A DNA stretch of 64,000 bases, from contig NC_086097.1 of NCBI RefSeq assembly GCF_963921235.1, positions 59,460,001 to 59,524,000 on the forward strand, read 5' to 3'. The translations under genes were made by a program, and so were the position numbers. Numbering within the stretch: the first letter of the stretch is position 1; every line of letters begins with the position of its first letter. Positions 60,349-64,000 of this stretch are shown piece after piece. Source of the stretch: Mobula hypostoma (lineage: Eukaryota). The notes under the pieces are model-generated. The model did no database searches and had not been told where the DNA came from. It worked only from the letters and a program-made list of their open reading frames with translations.

Positions 60349-61238
60349 CACTCAGTGGCCACTTTACTAGGTACAGGAGGTACCTTAACAAATGGCCACT
60401 GAGTGTATTTCTGCATACTCACGGTCTGCGGCTATTGCCCTTTCACTTCAAAGTTTGATGGGCTGTGCATCCAAAGATGCTCTTTTACACACCACTGTTG
60501 TTTAGGATTAAAGTCTGTCATAAGCCTTGTGGCCCATCAGGCCAGTGCTTATGCCAGTTTTCGTGGCGTGAAGCAGCTGAGAGTACGAGACTCCTCCCCC
60601 TCACCCCTGCATAGGATGCCAGTTTATCGCGAGGTTAACCCCCAGAATTTTTGCAGTACCCATTCTCAGCTGGGTAGACTGAAACATTGTGTGGTAAGTG
60701 CCTTGCTCATGGACACACACGCTGCCTCGGAGGAGGCTCGAATCCACGACCTTCAGATCACTAGTCCAACGCCCTAACCACTTGGCCAGGTGCCACACAT
60801 CACTGTTGTAACATGTGAATATTTGGGTTACTATTGCCTTCCTGTCAGCTTGAACCAGTCTGGCCATTGTCCTCAGAACACTCTGCTTGACAAGGCCTTC
60901 TTTGCCCACAGAACTGCCACTCACTGGGTGTTTCTTGTTTTTCACACCATTATCTGTGAACTCTGGAGACCACTGTGCATGAAAAGCCCAAGTGATCAGC
61001 AGTTTCTGAAATACTCAAACTACTCAGACTGTCACCAACAATCATTCCATGGTCAAAGACACTTAGATCACATTTCTTCCCTATTCTGATGTTTGGTCTG
61101 AACAACAACTGAGCCTCTTGACCATGTCTGCATGCTTTTATGCATTGGGTTGCTGCAATGTGATTGGAGGATTAGATACAGGTGTATTTCCATTTACATG
61201 CAGATGTAGAGGTGTAACTAATAAAGTGGTTGCTGTTG
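60349..61238 (-). mobile_element. Tc1 deletion derivative, same family as 535-1065, interrupted by a SINE
   Basis: TA+cactcagtggccactttactagg TIR. Minus-strand MARLVQADRKAIVTQIFTCYN (Tc1 N-terminal DNA-binding region). Degenerate right TIR ctaataaagtgg near 61218. Confidence 0.85.
60502..60794 (-). mobile_element. tRNA-derived SINE with 15-bp TSD
   Basis: Minus-strand A box TGGCCAAGTGG (60778-60788) and B box GGATTCGAGCC (60735-60745). TSD acacaYcactgttgt at 60487-60501 and 60795-60809. Confidence 0.88.
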
Positions 61239-61317
61239 TCCGAAGCAATTGAGAGCAGTGATTTCTCCTGCTAACATGCCCAATCAAGATGATGAACGTT
61301 AGACATGACATTCTTTA

Positions 61318-61447
61318 GATGCTGGAAATCCAGAGTAATACACTCAAAATGTTGGAAGAACTCAGCAGGTCAAGCAACATCTATTGAAATGAATAAAGAG
61401 TTGACATTTTGGGCCATCGGGTTCCTCCAGCATTTTAAGTGTGTTGA
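61318..61447. mobile_element. Degenerate Penelope-derived palindromic mini-element
   Basis: gatgctggaaatcc..caaaatgttggaagaactcagcagg..ttcctccagcatttt. Same family as 4172-4381. Confidence 0.7.
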
Positions 61448-61509
61448 CTAAATAGAGATTGACTTTATCATTCATTACACTTCAAGCTTTTATACTTTGA
61501 ATAATTTAC

Positions 61510-61975
61510 AGTATTGTAGTTCTGGTCACCTACCTATAGGAAAGATATCAGTAAGTTTGAAAGAATTTGGGGAAAATTTACTAGAGCGTCAACAGGACTT
61601 GAGGACCTGAGTTATAGGAAAAGTTGAATCGGTTAGGACTTGATTCCCTGGAATGCAGGAGTATGAGAGGAGATCTTATAGAAGTGTGCAAAATTATGAG
61701 TGGTTTAGATAGAGTGAATGCATTTCCCTCATTTTGGGAGGAACTAGAACTAGCATTCATTAGTTTGAATGAAATCATTGTGTACCTACATAAAAAGTAT
61801 ACGGAGTATTAAGTATTACATGTCGAAGAGATGTTTGTATAGATACATGGTTAGAAGGGTTTGGAGAGATATCATCCTTGTGCAGATAGATGGAACTAGC
61901 CAGAGGATCATGTTGGCATGGACTAGATGGGCCAAAAGTCTTTTTCTGTCTTGCAGTACTCTATGATTCTATGAT
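61510..61975 (+). mobile_element. CR1 3' fragment
   Basis: LNRLGLDSLECRSMRGDLIEVCKIMSGLDRV, with a ctctatgattctatga tail. Confidence 0.85.
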
Positions 61976-63129
61976 TGTCAGATCTTCCAAAAGTATGGTA
62001 ACTGAAATAATTAATTGGTTAGACATTATTTTGAACACCCTGACCAGGTATTAACATTTCCAAGTAAATCTACCTATCTCAAGATTATTTGCTTCAGATT
62101 TTTAAATCAGGAAACTACAATCCTTGAAAAATCGTCATTTTCAACTTTAAAAAAATCATTAATTGAGGAGGGGGACGGTACAGCAGGCAGTGGGTGATAC
62201 TAGTGAGAAAGATGAATTGAATGGCTCACCACTCAGGTTTTCCTGTTGCATGGCTGGAATAGTAAGCACAAGAAATGGATGCTGATGATAATGCCTGCTT
62301 TACCAAAATCATCTGATATCATCTGCTTTAAAGCTTTGTTTAGATGTCAGCATACCATCATATTTGCAGACAGTTTTCATGAAAGGAGCATCATTGTTGA
62401 GAGGAATTATCAGGAATATACACTTTGGTACAGAATAGATGTTTATTTTCTATATAAAATCTACATTTAATCTGTAACTTACAGAATATTGTTGAGATCC
62501 AAGTTCTGACTGAAACCTGGACAGATTCAGGTGTATATTCTGATAAATCAATTTCATTGAGTTACTCTGCTCTGTTTAGGCTGGTTTGCTTTCTACTATC
62601 ATGTCTTTCGATCATTGTTATTTATTTGCGAATGATCAATTGCATGAGATTGCTGGGTTGGGTCGAGGTCAGATTGGCCAGAATTGGGCTCAGATCAAGG
62701 GCAAGTTCAAAGATCATGAGCATGGCTGATTTTTAACTTGCAGAGTTGTAGCTGCCTGGAAGGTGCTGCCAGGTGGGGTGGTAGAGGCAAATACAAAAGA
62801 GGCATTTGAGAGGCTCTTGAACAGGCACATGACTGTACAGAAATGGAGAATGGATATTGGTGTATGCAAGACAGATTAGTTTAGTTAGTTTGGAACAACT
62901 TTGCTTTACTGATATCTTCTTTGTTCTGTCCTGGATCGAGTTTTAATTTTATAACCAAGTAGAGCTTTATTTTTTAAAAAATGTGTCCTCTGCTTCTTTC
63001 TGGAGGAAAGACCCAATATTTCTTTCTATTAAATCACTTAACTGTCTGAACGATTTCTTTTGATTCCTCCCACCTTTTACAAATAAAATACTTCCCATCT
63101 TTTATGTCTTTTACATTTGTTTTTCATCT

Positions 63130-63698
63130 TGAATGTGATTCTGGGATTTGCAGTTTGGAGATTGTTTGGGTGCTTCAGTGCTGTGCAGTCTCTGAGGGGA
63201 TTACAGGAGACATAGACAGTGTGCAGGAATCTTGTGGCGAGAAGACTGCGACCTGGCATTCAACTCCATTTCTCTGATTAAAGCCTCCATTGTTTGCTGA
63301 TTAAAGGAACGACTGAGACTGGAATGCTGGATGCTTGCCTTTTTATTGCTGAGGGATGAGTCTGCTGCTGGAGATGGGAGACTGCCTTCTTATTGCTAGT
63401 GTGATCACTCTGCTATGGAAAGGGGAGACCGCATTTTTATCCCTGGTGAGATTGCTCTGCTACAGAGAGGGAGAATATTGCCTAGGTTTTCTGTGGACTT
63501 GGACTGTTGACTTTCTTTCAGGCTTATGGCTTCTTTCTATTCTGTGTTTTTCGCCCAATCTTTCTCGCTTTTTGTGTGTGGGGAGGAGTGATTTAGGGGT
63601 TGATGATCATTCTACCGTTCCTTTCTTTCTTGGTTTCATGGCTATTGGAGAATAAGAATATCAGGGTTGAATACTTCAATAATAAATTAACCTTTGAA
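63130..63698 (+). mobile_element. Non-autonomous retroposon related at its 3' end to 7413-8170
   Basis: Ends atggctattggagaataagaatatcagggttgaatacttcaataataaattaacctttgaa. 5' boundary uncertain. Confidence 0.5.
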
Positions 63699-64000
63699 AA
63701 GTTGTAGCCCTGTACTCTCAAACAAACATATTCTTTTGTTGTATAGATGGAAAAGTCCTCATTCCAAAGCTATTCTGTCACCCCTCCCCAACTCTCCCTA
63801 CCCTATTGCTGCTACATTCTGTACTTATGTGGAACTCAGTTTTATTACCTTTCATATGAATTTCTGCCCTGCTCTTCTGACAGATCTCTCCCTTTTCTTT
63901 ATCTTCATCTGTATTTCAGGATGCTAACCATCCACTGATTCCTACTATATGCCCATTCCCATACCATGACTACACTCGCTACTCACCTCCTTTAAGGATA

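Noticed and set aside
60730..60794. tRNA gene
   Set aside because: No complete acceptor stem; it is the head of a TSD-flanked SINE.

Overview
Eukaryotic, AT-rich, CpG-depleted, repeat-dense DNA. It is most likely intronic or intergenic sequence from a cartilaginous fish such as a ray; this is inferred from the CR1, Penelope, HE1-like and Tc1 repeat mix. No host protein-coding gene could be recognised. Main contents: (1) many CR1 LINE copies, including a near-full-length one (14.6-18.9 kb, minus) with an open esterase-type ORF1 and a broken ORF2. (2) An ~11.3-kb G-rich 25-bp minisatellite (20.1-31.4 kb) that accounts for all the giant Pro/His- and Gly/Trp-rich ORFs. (3) A 5-kb LTR-bounded endogenous retrovirus (53028-58021, minus) inserted into a CR1 with a 4-bp TSD. 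It keeps both LTRs, a tRNA-Ser-like PBS, PPT, a splice donor and an env broken by a single stop, but gag/pro/RT are replaced by an internal CR1 ORF2 segment joined in frame to the integrase C-terminal half. (4) Penelope-derived palindromic mini-elements carrying hammerhead-ribozyme cores, and a scrambled Penelope GIY-YIG insertion. (5) Tc1 remnants, RTE fragments, SINEs, a non-autonomous retroposon with a 75-bp VNTR, and a CpG-retaining, homeodomain-motif-rich enhancer candidate near 59.6 kb. Boundaries of degraded repeats are approximate, and family assignments come from recalled motifs rather than database searches.
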